Assembly (NCBI GenBank): GCA_040954595.2
Contig: CM082591.2
Coordinates: 7,368,047-7,432,046, forward strand
DNA from: Balanoglossus misakiensis
Lineage: Eukaryota > Animalia > Hemichordata
DNA length: 64,000 nt
Reading direction: 5' to 3'
Part shown: positions 13,171-25,406 of the stretch, piece by piece
Numbering within the stretch: position 1 is the stretch's first letter
How the letters are laid out: each line of letters opens with the position of its first letter
Translations under genes and position numbers: made by a program
The notes under the pieces: generated by a model
Told to the model about the DNA's origin: nothing
Databases searched by the model: none
Seen by the model: only the letters and a program-made list of their open reading frames with translations

Positions 13171-13785
13171 TTACTTTATGTCCACATCTTATTCTGGCAC
13201 TGAGTAATGGTCCTGGACAGCGACTGACTATTGGCCAGTGTGCACCATGGGACCAAAATAAAAAGTGAAATTTGGGGTCACCTGTGACACATGCTTAACT
13301 CATTAATTATGTGCATATCTAATTCCATGCTAACAAATAGGGCTAGACATTTGGGTTTTTAAACAAGGACAAGTATGGGGTCCAATTTTTTTGCCCAAGT
13401 TTTGGGTGACCCCCATATCTTAACGTCCACAGCAGATACACCATTGACACTTGATGCAATGGATTTGTCATGATTATCTCTATTTGCTTGGGCCCCTTCA
13501 ATGCTGCTTGCAGCTTTAATTAATAACAAATTCGCTTTGAGTGAAATACAAATTCTTTCAAATAACAGGTACTTATACTGCACAATAATGGTGATCAATC
13601 ACACGTACAGCGTAAGATTAAGAAATACAATTGAATTCCTTTCTAGAAATAAACAAGAGTCGTAAACATACGGTACATGTTGACAAGTAATTCAAGGGCT
13701 TGCTTACATGCAGATAGTCACAGTCTTATGTTTACATTCAACTATACCCAGGTACAATATATTTCTTCCCAGCAGGAATATAAAT

Positions 13786-14269
13786 ATGTCAAAACCATCT
13801 GCAGCACTGGTTTTATTGAAATCATGGGACAAAGAGGCAAAGACCTCCCAACCAACTCAAGCTATAATCAAACATCTCAAAGAAAACACACTCCAGTCTG
13901 AGTACATTTCTGAATTCCACTGTTATACCCTTGAAGTTGAAGTGAGTGAAGAACAAAAGAAAGATGCAGAGAGTGTTGGTGCTACTTTGATCCCAGCTGT
14001 AAGAGATAAGAGGATGGATCCTTCTGAAGACCCCCCTGGAGTACACTGGTTTGCCAGCCACAGTATCCACTTCCCAGAGCTGAAAGAACTGAAAAACATC
14101 CAACATGTAGTCGGATATTCTCCACAGACACACAATGCAGCCAAAGCAATTCATGAAAGTCTCTTCCCTGAAGTCAAACTTCACCAACTCTTACTTCCTG
14201 AACCACCAGCTGCAGCGTTACTGCTACTACCAACCTGGGAAGAAGATGCAAAATTGGAAACTGAACAAG
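13786..14269 (+). CDS. internally deleted paralog exon of the 47-kb gene (one GT-B N-half repeat fused to the end of exon 6); possible first coding exon of the GT4 gene
   Basis: MSKPSAALVLLKSWDKEAK... matches 47037 onward; after LLLPTW it jumps to EEDAKLETEQ G|GTGAG (53225-53253). ORF open, acceptor and phase-1 donor kept. Confidence 0.6.
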
Positions 14270-15144
14270 GTGAGATTGATATAAATCTGCTTCAATTATT
14301 CCTGCATCAAGAAACCCTTGGTCAAATAAAATCTTCCAGCTTCATTCTTGTAAGGATTAACCAGGTACTTAACATTTAATTTCAAATATTTGCACGTCAA
14401 TGCATCGTCGTCCTTAAATGGCGATAAAGATTTCTTGTAATGAGGGTACGGTCAAATCAACAGCTATCAATGGATGCACCACAGGAGTAGGTCGGTGTTC
14501 GTTCAAACCGCCTTTGGTACTTACAATTGTCCGGGTCATATCAAAACGCGAATGTTTGAATGCGACCGTTTACTGAATGCTGCTACGCATGCAACCATTC
14601 AACTGAACGCTAGAGTACGTCACAGAGAAATGCGTCCCGCTAGCTGACGCGCTATCACGCATTGATCCCAAGCCCGGAACAACAGTCGAAGGTCTCGACA
14701 TTACAGTACATCAGATAAACCTGAGTGCTTCGCCCGCTCGACTTGATCAGTTCCGCAAAGAGACCGCCCGCGATGTTGAGCTAACCATGCTTCGAAATAT
14801 GATAATGACAGGTTGGCCAGATACACGCGCCGAGTGTCCAACTCACTTGCTTCCGTATTTGACATCCCGAGAAGAATTAGGTGTAGCAGATGGAGTCGTC
14901 ATCAAGGGTAACAGAATCGTTGTACCCAAGTCATTACGCAAAATGGAACTGGAGAAGATTCATCTCGCACACCAGGGCATAGAGAAATCCCGGCTACGCG
15001 CCAAATCTGCAGTCTATTGGGTAGGCATGAACAACGACATTGAACAGATGGTACACAAATGCCCCACGTGCCAAAAGTATCAAAACACGCTGCCCAAAGA
15101 ACCGCTGCACTCATACGACGTACCACCCGGACCATGGCACACGC

Positions 15145-15696
15145 TAGCTCTGCGTACAGGTCTGTGTGTTCCCGGCGTTACACGGCCTCCACCACAGCCC
15201 TGCAAGGCGCCATAGAAAAAACTGGTGCTTCTGCGGTCCGGATCCGGACCGCAGCTTTTTCGGCCGAAATTCGATTTTATCGAAGCAAAATCCTTTCCCT
15301 GTCTACTTCTGCCCCCTAACCGACTCCAAATATGATGCGATTAATTTGTCCTAACGTCCGAACCACTCGCGTTTGATTCATTTTTGTGTGTTTACATGTT
15401 GAGATCGCCATATTAAATATAAGGCTTACAGCGAGTTTATCTCCATGGGTAAACATAAAAGTTTTAGAAAGCGAGCGGTTTGAAGTTAGGACAAGTTAAT
15501 CGCATCATATTTGGAGTCGGTTAGGAGGCAGAAGTAGACAGGGAAAGGATTTTGCTTCGATAAAATCGAATTTCGGCCGAAAAAGCTGCGGTCCGGATCC
15601 GGACTGCAGAAGCACCAGTTTTTTCTATGGCGCCTTGCAGGGCTGTGGGTGGAGGCCGTGTAACGCCGGGAACACACAGACCTGTACGCAGAGCTA
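15145..15696. mobile_element. Academ-type (TAG...CTA) MITE with ~208-bp TIRs
   Basis: TAGCTCTGCGTACAGG ... CCTGTACGCAGAGCTA; exact 9-bp TSD GGCACACGC (15136-15144, 15697-15705) inside the Gypsy integrase. Confidence 0.8.
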
Positions 15697-16184
15697 GGCA
15701 CACGCTATCGACCGACTTGTTCTACTGGGAACAATCAACATACCTATTGGTAGCCGACCAATATTCTAAATTCCCACTGGTACGCAAACTGAGCAACCTC
15801 AGTTCGAGATCGATCATTAACCACGTGAAAGTGATGTTCGACGAGCATGGAATTTGTCATTGCTTGATTTCTGACAATGGACCGCAATTCGATTGCAAGG
15901 AATTCCTTGAATTCGCGAGAAACTACGGATTTGAACACATCACGAGTTCACCTCACTTCCCGTCCAGCAATGGCTTCATCGAGAAGCAGGTCAGTACGGT
16001 GAAAGATATATTCACGAAAGCCCGCGAGACAGGCACAGATCCGCATTTAGCTATGCTATGTCTGCGCACAACGCCGATTGATCATAACTTACCGTTGCCC
16101 TGCGAGATGCTGAATTCACACATGTACAAGTCAAACCTACCGGGCATGATGCCACACAATGCGAGCCGCCATAGCGACGCATTA

Positions 16185-16698
16185 GGTAACAGGTCGTTCC
16201 GGCACCACAGATTTTCGACCCCAGTCGTTTTGGCCCCCAATTTTCATTACCCCGGTCTGTTCGGCCCCGACACCCCAGTCGTTTCGGTACTTATCGGTAA
16301 TGGCCCAACTAAACTTGGCTCTAGGTCCCCCGGGTATATACCCGTATTAAATCCGGCACCACCTGACTCATTGTTGCCTAGTTTAGTGAAGGGGCGATGT
16401 CAGTGGGACTGACATTGAGGGGCGACGGTACAGTATTAACACATCGATTGTGTTAATCGCTGCTATGAATTTGCATTTTTCATAGTACCGTCTGCTTGAA
16501 TTTTACTTTGCTAGGGTTACCACTATTACTTTTATAACAGTCTCAGGAAAAATACATACGTTTTATTCAATTTTACTTAAGGCTACCGATAAGTACCGAA
16601 ACGACTGGGGTGTCGGGGCCGAACAGCGCGGGGTCATGAAAATTGGGGGCCGAAGCGACTGGGGTCGAAAATCTGTGGTGCCGAAACGACTGGAAAGC
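16185..16698. mobile_element. non-autonomous TIR element with 8-bp TSD (copy 2 at 18832-19345)
   Basis: TSD ACGCATTA (16177-16184, 16699-16706); ~115-bp imperfect TIRs with CCCCAGTCGTTT repeats; superfamily uncertain. Confidence 0.8.
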
Positions 16699-17419
16699 AC
16701 GCATTACAACACTGTCAAGATGTGTCAACAAAACGCTTCAAGAGCAACCGTCCCTGTCCGAGTTGAAGCCACAACAATCCGTTCGTGTGCAACACCCCGT
16801 CAACAAGACATGGGAACCAGGCAAGATCATCACGCGCACCGCCAAACCACGATCTTTTACAGTAGAGACATCGCGAGGTGTGTACATGTGTAACCGACGC
16901 CACATCAGGCCTACTGCAGAGATCTTCCTTGATGAAGACCTACGTACGCGCCGTCAAAACAACGACATCACCGTAGATGTACTGGGACCGCCCAGCGCTG
17001 CAAACTCCAGCACCCGCGTTACGTCGTACCCAGTGTACGATAAGGAAACAAGAACTCTCATGAGCTCGATCAGTGACACTTCAGTTTCGAGTTCATTCAT
17101 TGAAAAACATTGTTATTGACATTCACAAGTTCAGATTTTGCCAGACTGTGTTCTTTCACTTTTTCTTACAAAGGGAGATGTTGTGTTATCACCTTGTGTT
17201 AGCTATCTTAGCTATAGCGCCCTCGCTCGCGCCTTGATTTCCAGTGTATGTAACCCTGCAGTTACTCTCACTCTCTTGCTGTTTTCATGGCGGACTGTTA
17301 GGCACAGTCGCGCACATCTACCCTGAATAAATAGTTGTGTTTACTTGCAATAAGAGTCAGTCCTGGTCCTCGATCCACCCCATGGTCTCCGGAATACTAA
17401 TGGTCAATAACATAACACG

Positions 17420-17999
17420 TACGGTTCATGTCAGGGGGCGACTCATGAACGCTGCCCTACGGTGGCCCGTATATGACAGTCAAAATCTCTAATTAAGCAG
17501 ACACAACTTTAATTTTGCCCGACAAAACTCTGTAATTGGTGGACACAACTCTAACTTTGTCAGGCAAAACTCTCTAATTGGTGGACACAACTCTAACTTT
17601 GTCGGACAAAACTCTCAAATTGGTGGACACAAAACTCTTTAATTGGTGGACACAACTCTAACTTTGTCGGACAAAACTCTCTAAATTTGTCGGACACAAC
17701 TCTCAAATTGATGGACACAACTCTAATTTCGCCCGACACAGCCCTTTATTTGTTGGACACAACTCTAATTTTGATGGGCGCAACTCTTATTCACGTGGAC
17801 AAAACTGTCTTAATTTTGCTCAATGCGGAAATTCACTATATATCCCACAATACAGTTCGATTTAAAATGGACAACGTCTTCACACCAACCTTGCCTTATC
17901 GAGTGCCGCCGATGTGCACAGAAATGAGCAGCCACTCTGCCGCCAACTACGATGAAGAAGGCCTTATCATCTATTTCTTTTATAGGGGGTACACGTACG
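17420..17999 (+). mobile_element. 5' fragment of IS3EU-type element (duplicated portion)
   Basis: TACGG terminus, ~21/42-bp subterminal GGACACAACTCTAA repeats and start of the transposase, cut at the duplication junction. Confidence 0.6.
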
Positions 18000-18343
18000 A
18001 ACGTCCGAACCACTCGCGTTTGATTCATTTTTGTGTGTTTACATGTTGAGATCGCCATATTAAATATAAGGCTTACAGCGAGTTTATCTCCATGGGTAAA
18101 CATAAAAGTTTTAGAAAGCGAGCGGTTTGAAGTTAGGACAAGTTAATCGCATCATATTTGGAGTCGGTTAGGAGGCAGAAGTAGACAGGGAAAGGATTTT
18201 GCTTCGATAAAATCGAATTTCGGCCGAAAAAGCTGCGGTCCGGATCCGGACTGCAGAAGCACCAGTTTTTTCTATGGCGCCTTGCAGGGCTGTGGGTGGA
18301 GGCCGTGTAACGCCGGGAACACACAGACCTGTACGCAGAGCTA

Positions 18344-20064
18344 GGCACACGCTATCGACCGACTTGTTCTACTGGGAACAATCAACATACCTATTGGTAG
18401 CCGACCAATATTCTAAATTCCCACTGGTACGCAAACTGAGCAACCTCAGTTCGAGATCGATCATTAACCACGTGAAAGTGATGTTCGACGAGCATGGAAT
18501 TTGTCATTGCTTGATTTCTGACAATGGACCGCAATTCGATTGCAAGGAATTCCTTGAATTCGCGAGAAACTACGGATTTGAACACATCACGAGTTCACCT
18601 CACTTCCCGTCCAGCAATGGCTTCATCGAGAAGCAGGTCAGTACGGTGAAAGATATATTCACGAAAGCCCGCGAGACAGGCACAGATCCGCATTTAGCTA
18701 TGCTATGTCTGCGCACAACGCCGATTGATCATAACTTACCGTTGCCCTGCGAGATGCTGAATTCACACATGTACAAGTCAAACCTACCGGGCATGATGCC
18801 ACACAATGCGAGCCGCCATAGCGACGCATTAGGTAACAGGTCGTTCCGGCACCACAGATTTTCGACCCCAGTCGTTTTGGCCCCCAATTTTCATTACCCC
18901 GGTCTGTTCGGCCCCGACACCCCAGTCGTTTCGGTACTTATCGGTAATGGCCCAACTAAACTTGGCTCTAGGTCCCCCGGGTATATACCCGTATTAAATC
19001 CGGCACCACCTGACTCATTGTTGCCTAGTTTAGTGAAGGGGCGATGTCAGTGGGACTGACATTGAGGGGCGACGGTACAGTATTAACACATCGATTGTGT
19101 TAATCGCTGCTATGAATTTGCATTTTTCATAGTACCGTCTGCTTGAATTTTACTTTGCTAGGGTTACCACTATTACTTTTATAACAGTCTCAGGAAAAAT
19201 ACATACGTTTTATTCAATTTTACTTAAGGCTACCGATAAGTACCGAAACGACTGGGGTGTCGGGGCCGAACAGCGCGGGGTCATGAAAATTGGGGGCCGA
19301 AGCGACTGGGGTCGAAAATCTGTGGTGCCGAAACGACTGGAAAGCACGCATTACAACACTGTCAAGATGTGTCAACAAAACGCTTCAAGAGCAACCGTCC
19401 CTGTCCGAGTTGAAGCCACAACAATCCGTTCGTGTGCAACACCCCGTCAACAAGACATGGGAACCAGGCAAGATCATCACGCGCACCGCCAAACCACGAT
19501 CTTTTACAGTAGAGACATCGCGAGGTGTGTACATGTGTAACCGACGCCACATCAGGCCTACTGCAGAGATCTTCCTTGATGAAGACCTACGTACGCGCCG
19601 TCAAAACAACGACATCACCGTAGATGTACTGGGACCGCCCAGCGCTGCAAACTCCAGCACCCGCGTTACGTCGTACCCAGTGTACGATAAGGAAACAAGA
19701 ACTCTCATGAGCTCGATCAGTGACACTTCAGTTTCGAGTTCATTCATTGAAAAACATTGTTATTGACATTCACAAGTTCAGATTTTGCCAGACTGTGTTC
19801 TTTCACTTTTTCTTACAAAGGGAGATGTTGTGTTATCACCTTGTGTTAGCTATCTTAGCTATAGCGCCCTCGCTCGCGCCTTGATTTCCAGTGTATGTAA
19901 CCCTGCAGTTACTCTCACTCTCTTGCTGTTTTCATGGCGGACTGTTAGGCACAGTCGCGCACATCTACCCTGAATAAATAGTTGTGTTTACTTGCAATAA
20001 GAGTCAGTCCTGGTCCTCGATCCACCCCATGGTCTCCGGAATACTAATGGTCAATAACATAACA
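18344..20064 (+). mobile_element. duplicated Gypsy 3' part with LTR 19826-20064
   Basis: Copy of 15697-17417 made by the tandem duplication. Confidence 0.85.
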
Positions 20065-20066
20065 CG

Positions 20067-21264
20067 TACGGTTCATGTCAGGGGGCGACTCATGAACGCT
20101 GCCCTACGGTGGCCCGTATATGACAGTCAAAATCTCTAATTAAGCAGACACAACTTTAATTTTGCCCGACAAAACTCTGTAATTGGTGGACACAACTCTA
20201 ACTTTGTCAGGCAAAACTCTCTAATTGGTGGACACAACTCTAACTTTGTCGGACAAAACTCTCAAATTGGTGGACACAAAACTCTTTAATTGGTGGACAC
20301 AACTCTAACTTTGTCGGACAAAACTCTCTAAATTTGTCGGACACAACTCTCAAATTGATGGACACAACTCTAATTTCGCCCGACACAGCCCTTTATTTGT
20401 TGGACACAACTCTAATTTTGATGGGCGCAACTCTTATTCACGTGGACAAAACTGTCTTAATTTTGCTCAATGCGGAAATTCACTATATATCCCACAATAC
20501 AGTTCGATTTAAAATGGACAACGTCTTCACACCAACCTTGCCTTATCGAGTGCCGCCGATGTGCACAGAAATGAGCAGCCACTCTGCCGCCAACTACGAT
20601 GAAGAAGGCCTTATCATCTATTTCTTTTATAGGGGGTACACGTACGATGAAATTCTGTTATATCTGTCAAAATACTACGACGTTTATATGAGTCGCAGAA
20701 CGCTATTACGGCGATTGCAACAGTTGAATTTAAGGCGAAGATATCCCGTTTACGATGTTAGTGTCGTCAGAGACTCTGTCATTCAGCTATTGGATGGTCC
20801 TGGATGTATTGGAGGGTATCGAACAGTGTGGCATTCCCTGCAGCTGCAAGGCATCCATGTGCCTAGAATTGTAGTTCAAGAAATGTTGAGGGAATTAGAC
20901 CCAGAAGGAAGTGAACTACGGAGAACACACCGTCTTAAAAGAAGGGAGTATTTGTGCCCAGGACCCAACTGTGTGTGGCATATGGACGGGTATGACAAAC
21001 TAAAGCCCTTTGGCTTCCCAATACACGGATGTATTGACGGATACAGCAGAAAGATTTTATGGCTGTATGTTACACGTTCAAATAACTTGCCTGACAATGT
21101 GGCTGCATACTACTTACAAGCTGTGCGTGAGTTTGGAGGGTGTCCTATAGAACTAGATACTGATTTGGGTACTGAAAATGGCACAGTTGCAGCGGTTCAG
21201 TGTTTCTTTCGCGATAACTCAGATGCACATAGATATGTTGCATCACAACGTAATCAAAGAATTG
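20067..21264 (+). mobile_element. IS3EU-type DNA transposon, 3'-truncated
   Basis: TACGG terminus, subterminal tandem repeats (~20140-20420) and a transposase ORF; no right TIR. Confidence 0.65.
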
Positions 21265-21275
21265 CCACTGTCTAG
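20514..21275 (+). pseudogene. integrase-core DDE transposase (IS3EU/IS481-like), C-terminally truncated
   Basis: N-terminal HTH-like region, GPNCVWHMDGYDKLKPFGFPIHGCIDGYSRKILWL, DTDLGTEN; ends NQRI-ATV* where NQRIE is expected. Confidence 0.8.
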
Positions 21276-21536
21276 TGTACCAGGGCAGACTTCTACCCAT
21301 CCCACCCCCTTTGCTTACTTTGAGTGGAGTGGCAACATTAAAATTTGTCCTGCCTAACATTGAGTTAATTTGCTTTTTGAGTTCATTAAAATGCAACTTT
21401 GAGTACCGTATTTAAAAAAAATTCTTATGTGGGAGGGGGACACCCCGTTTTTTTGGTGCTGGGTGAAGGGGGGGGGGTCGGCCTGATTTTGAAAACCGAC
21501 GACACCCCCAGCCATAAAAAACTGAACGGTCCCTTA
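21265..21536 (+). repeat. repeat fragment shared with 45829-46375
   Basis: GTCTAGTGTACCAG...AAAATTTGTCCTGCCTAACATTGAG...GGTCGGCCTGATTTTGAAAACC...GGTCCCT occurs at both sites. Confidence 0.7.
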
Positions 21537-21769
21537 GAATACAAATTGGGGGTTACAGTGCAAAGTTTTGAAAATCCATACATAAAAGATACAGAGACAG
21601 TCAGACTGAGACCAGAAAAACTACAGTTCCATATAAACTACCTCCAGCAAAATCATTCAAATGTCAGAGGCCACTATTATTGGAGGCGGAAAGGACTGAA
21701 GTCGTAATATGGTCGGACACGTGTGACTGTTCACTAAACTAACAACATGTTTGTGTTCAACTGCTTCAG

Positions 21770-23869
21770 GGAAGAAATCTGTAGACACAACCAAGAGCAG
21801 ATCTATGCCAGGACCTAGCACTGTAGAACGCTACCACCCAAGCGATGGGGCTGCAAACATTGCAGCAACTAGTAAGTGACCAAGTACATCTGCTATTTTG
21901 GATTTACATTGTGCCATATTCCTAATTTGCAAATTAATATGATCGCATGTAAATATTGAAGTTATGACTCTTAAATTACTGATTTCTTGAAATAAACAAG
22001 TGCTTCGTTTGGTGTCTTTCTTCTCAGGCCCTACAGTGAAAAGTGTTGCAAGCTCGAAGGAACCAAGGTAAAATTTCAAGTTAACAAACATGCAAACTAT
22101 AGCCTCATTCACCTACAGTACCGTATTTACCCATATGACTGTATGTCTGTTTGTGACTACATCAGTTGTATGTCATATAACATACCCACATCTCCATGAA
22201 TAACTCGCAAGTCAGTCGTGAATTGTTACTGTAACTCAGCTTCAAGATTATAATACCTGCAGTTGTGCTAGGGAACTAAATGTGGTACTGAAACTTCATT
22301 TGGGGACAGTCCATTGATGTCTTGCAAAAGGGGGAGAGCAGTTAAGGAGAGTCCTGGGCATGGACCACTTCGTGGATAGAATAACGCAAGGGGTTGTGGG
22401 ACATTCTGATACTGTGCGTTAGCCATGTACTGACGCTATGTTGAATGCAAATCATACCATCCTCATTGCAGATACCCTATCCGCGTTGTGGTAAATGTAT
22501 ATGTATGCATGATGGATGCACAGACAGACAAAAAGACAGACTTGCAATTTGGCTTACTAGGTGTAAAAATGTCAAGGGATTATCCACAATGTCACGTAGT
22601 ACCGTACATGTTTACTTTCTTCACCTGTACAGAATGGCGAGGTCTGGTATGCTCGTGATTGGTGATGAGTGGGGTACACAGAAAGGTGGACTTTCTACCG
22701 TTAACAGACACATCGCCTCACTGGCTGCGGAAACTGGGAAAGCAGTCTTTGCAACAGCTCTTGAAGCAACGAAAGAGGATGAGAAAGACGCCTCTGATAA
22801 TGGTGTAAGCCTGCAGGTTGGAAGGCCACACCGTGATGAAAAGACACCAAATATGAAGTGGTTAAACACGTACCACAAGGCACATTTTCCAGACATCGAA
22901 AAACTTCACGTCGATGTCATCATAGGTCACATGCCCATCACCTCTCCTGGTGCTCTTGATATCAACAAGCAATTGTTTCAATCGAAGAAGAAAGTGATCC
23001 TCTTCAACCACGTCATACCAGAAGATAATGAGGTACACAAGGCATCGTGGACCGCAAAGAAGGTTGAGGAAAAAGAGAAGACTCTCTGTGAGGAAGCTGC
23101 CCAGGCAGACGTAGTCTTCTCGGTCGGCCCGCGCATGTACAGCCACTTTGAAAACAAATACCGGAAGTACTCATCACGCACGATCAAACACGAGCTGTTT
23201 CTACCAAAGCCAGATGACAAGTTCTTCAATATCGAGATGAAGAAGCCCAGTCAAACATGCAAGGTCCAGATCCTGACCTTCGGCAGAGTTAATGGTGTTG
23301 CCAACCTCAAAGGCTATGATCTGGTGGCAAGTGCATTGAGTCGAACCATAAAGGAGAGGAAGAACACCCACCCATCACAAGACCCCCCAGTTTGGAACAT
23401 CAGGGGTATACCAGAAGGGGAAGAACAGAAGACAAAGAGATACTTAGACGACCATGTCAAGTCCGGTCATCTGCAAATCAATCAGTATCCTTATGGATCT
23501 CAGGATGAGATTAGAGATGATATCCAGCAGAGTCATCTATGCTTGATGCCATCCCGCAGTGAGCCATTTGGTCTGGTTGGCTTAGAGGCCATCGCAGCTG
23601 GAATCCCTGTCCTTGTGACGAAGAACTCGGGCTTAGCTACGTTTCTCACCCGTTATATTGACACGGATATGGCTAAAGCGGTCATCGTCGACGTCGCCGT
23701 GAACAACATGGAACGCGATGAAGATATCCGCGAATGGTCCACCCGTATCAACCAAGTTCTGAACGAATATGACGTAGCCTTCAAGAGGGCACAGAAAATG
23801 AAGAAACTTCTCCAAGAATGTGAGGCTGTTCGAGACACACACGAAGCATTCAAAGCAGAGTGCCGCTAG
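21770..23869 (+). CDS. GT4 (GT-B fold) glycosyltransferase; exons 21770-21871, 22028-22067, 22633-23869 (411 aa from ATG 22634 alone)
   Basis: DEWGTQKGGLSTVNR, FGR, KGYD and MPSRSEPFGLVGLEAIAAGIPVLV (intact E-x7-E). Two small upstream exons have AG/GT ends and compatible phases (1-1, 1-2, 2). Confidence 0.85.
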
Positions 23870-23892
23870 TGAACTAATATTCTGGCTATTAA

Positions 23893-24244
23893 AGGGACAA
23901 AGTCTCTCTCTCACTGCCATTTTACCATTAATTATGTTTGACACAAGACACCGTTTATATTAAAGTACATGTGGATATATTGTGAATCAACATTAAACCA
24001 CACACACCTTCCATCTGGCTTGTAGACACAAGAGTGAAAATCTCGCCAAAACGAATAATTGGTCTCTACCATTTATTCATTTTAGGCGAGTTTTTACTGT
24101 CATATCATACAAGTGGGATGGCAGTTGAGTGTGGTTGAATGTTCATTCACTACATATACACGTGTACATTAACATAAACAGTGTCTTGTATCAAATATAA
24201 TTGATGGAATAAAGGGCAGCGAGAGAGAGAGAGACTTTGTCCCT
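23893..24244. mobile_element. Kolobok-type MITE, family A, copy 3, just downstream of the GT4 stop codon
   Basis: Same TIRs as 523-862; TTAA flanks (23889-23892, 24245-24248). Confidence 0.85.
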
Positions 24245-25406
24245 TTAAGAGTTGCCTCAGGCGGCACAAGACCAGTAATCAATTTCCCACAAACAACAGT
24301 AGCAGCGTTGAGAAATATATTCCTATTTTCTATTGAATACCTAGATCAGATGACAGTACAACTTTAATAGCAGACTATTAAATGCCTATACTCAAGCAAC
24401 CATTCCACCTTTTTCCATAAGTTACTACTTCTAGTTCTAGTCAGTTGTGTTTGTTATCACTTTGGGTTTCTTACAACCTATTTCAAACCACAAATTGCAA
24501 AACAATGTATGTTTTAGGTGTACCGGTACTGGTAAGAAATGTGGTATTACTCCTTGACTTGCTTTCCTGAATTAAAAAATCAAGCATATTAATGTAAATG
24601 TTCCTCTAATGAAGAAGTCTATAGAATTACCAATAAGAAATTTTAAAATGAAATTATACACGAAAATTAAAATATAATTTGAATAAATTAATTGTATAAT
24701 ACAGGTTTGCCACTTCATCTATGGTTCAAAGTTGGACAGCATTGGACATTGTGTGTAAACTATATTTTTTTAAAATTCATAATACTGATGTACATTTAAA
24801 TGCTCTAGTCTAACAAGTAAATCTACTCTGATTTTTAACACGAAAATGTAGCAGATACAGAAAGCAAAAAAATACTGAAAACATACTGAAAAGTTACAGC
24901 TAATGATGTTTTAATGTTTCAAACTGACTTGGTAACTCTTAGGAACAAAGTAACAAACCCAATCTAGTATATATCAAGCTATATCTCATCATCATTTTTT
25001 CTCTCTCTCACCAGGACTGTACGAAACATTGTAATCATTACGGGAAGCCTCCATTAAAACTGCTTCACTAGGTACCCGACTTGGCTATTGTCAAGTCGGG
25101 TCACTTAATATGCAAGATTACCTGTAATTTGTTTAGTTTTCTTATTATTTTGTTATTTCACACTTCCTTGTGCTTGGTAACTGACACACTTTACACATCT
25201 GTTTGTTGCATGCCTGGCACTATTTACTATTTTCTTTTTAATCCCTTTAATTTCAAATATTTGAATGTGATTAATCCCTTGATAACTAAGTGATGAAACG
25301 AGGTCCTAAGTTTTAATGGAGCTTTCCCGTCATGTTAGATTTAAAAATACCGATTTCCACCAATAAAAGAGTACCGGGTAATCTATTGGAGCTACTAAAC
25401 CACCAG

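Larger units (their letters stand above)
14605..17417 (+). mobile_element. 5'-truncated Gypsy (Mag-like) element: RNase H end, integrase, PPT, 3' LTR 17179-17417
   Basis: LADALSR, GWP, HLAHQG...CPTC, ISDNGPQF, SNGFIEK; PPT AAAGGGAGA then TG...CA LTR; interrupted by two MITEs. Confidence 0.88.
15353..20646 (+). repeat. 2647-bp direct tandem duplication (15353-17999 / 18000-20646)
   Basis: All ORFs recur with identical translation at +2647; junction ...CACGTACG|AACGTCCG has 1-bp microhomology. Confidence 0.95.

Noticed and set aside
17495-17780. Short regular repeats that might suggest a CRISPR array (also 20140-20430 and 63110-63470)
   Set aside because: No unique spacers and no cas genes; these are subterminal or internal tandem repeats of DNA transposons in a eukaryotic genome.
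20334-20513. N-terminal LxDTTL repeats of the 313-aa ORF
   Set aside because: Chance read-through of subterminal tandem repeats from a TTG start.
21540-21712. Possible extra exon upstream of 21770
   Set aside because: Two frames are partly open, but the donor is weak and no domain is recognisable; unresolved without transcripts.
22445-22632. N-terminal 63 aa of the 474-aa ORF
   Set aside because: Lies in repeat-like intronic sequence upstream of the splice acceptor at 22631-22632.
22634-23869. Bacterial contamination or an MshA (mycothiol) annotation for the GT4
   Set aside because: It has a splice acceptor, phase-compatible upstream exons, animal TEs on both sides and a spliced paralog; no mycothiol pathway context.
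25036-25334. Inverted repeat pair CATTACGGGAAGCCTCCATTAAAAC / GTTTTAATGGAGCTTTCCCGTCATG
   Set aside because: Probably an old MITE, but with no TSD or second copy to support boundaries or class.
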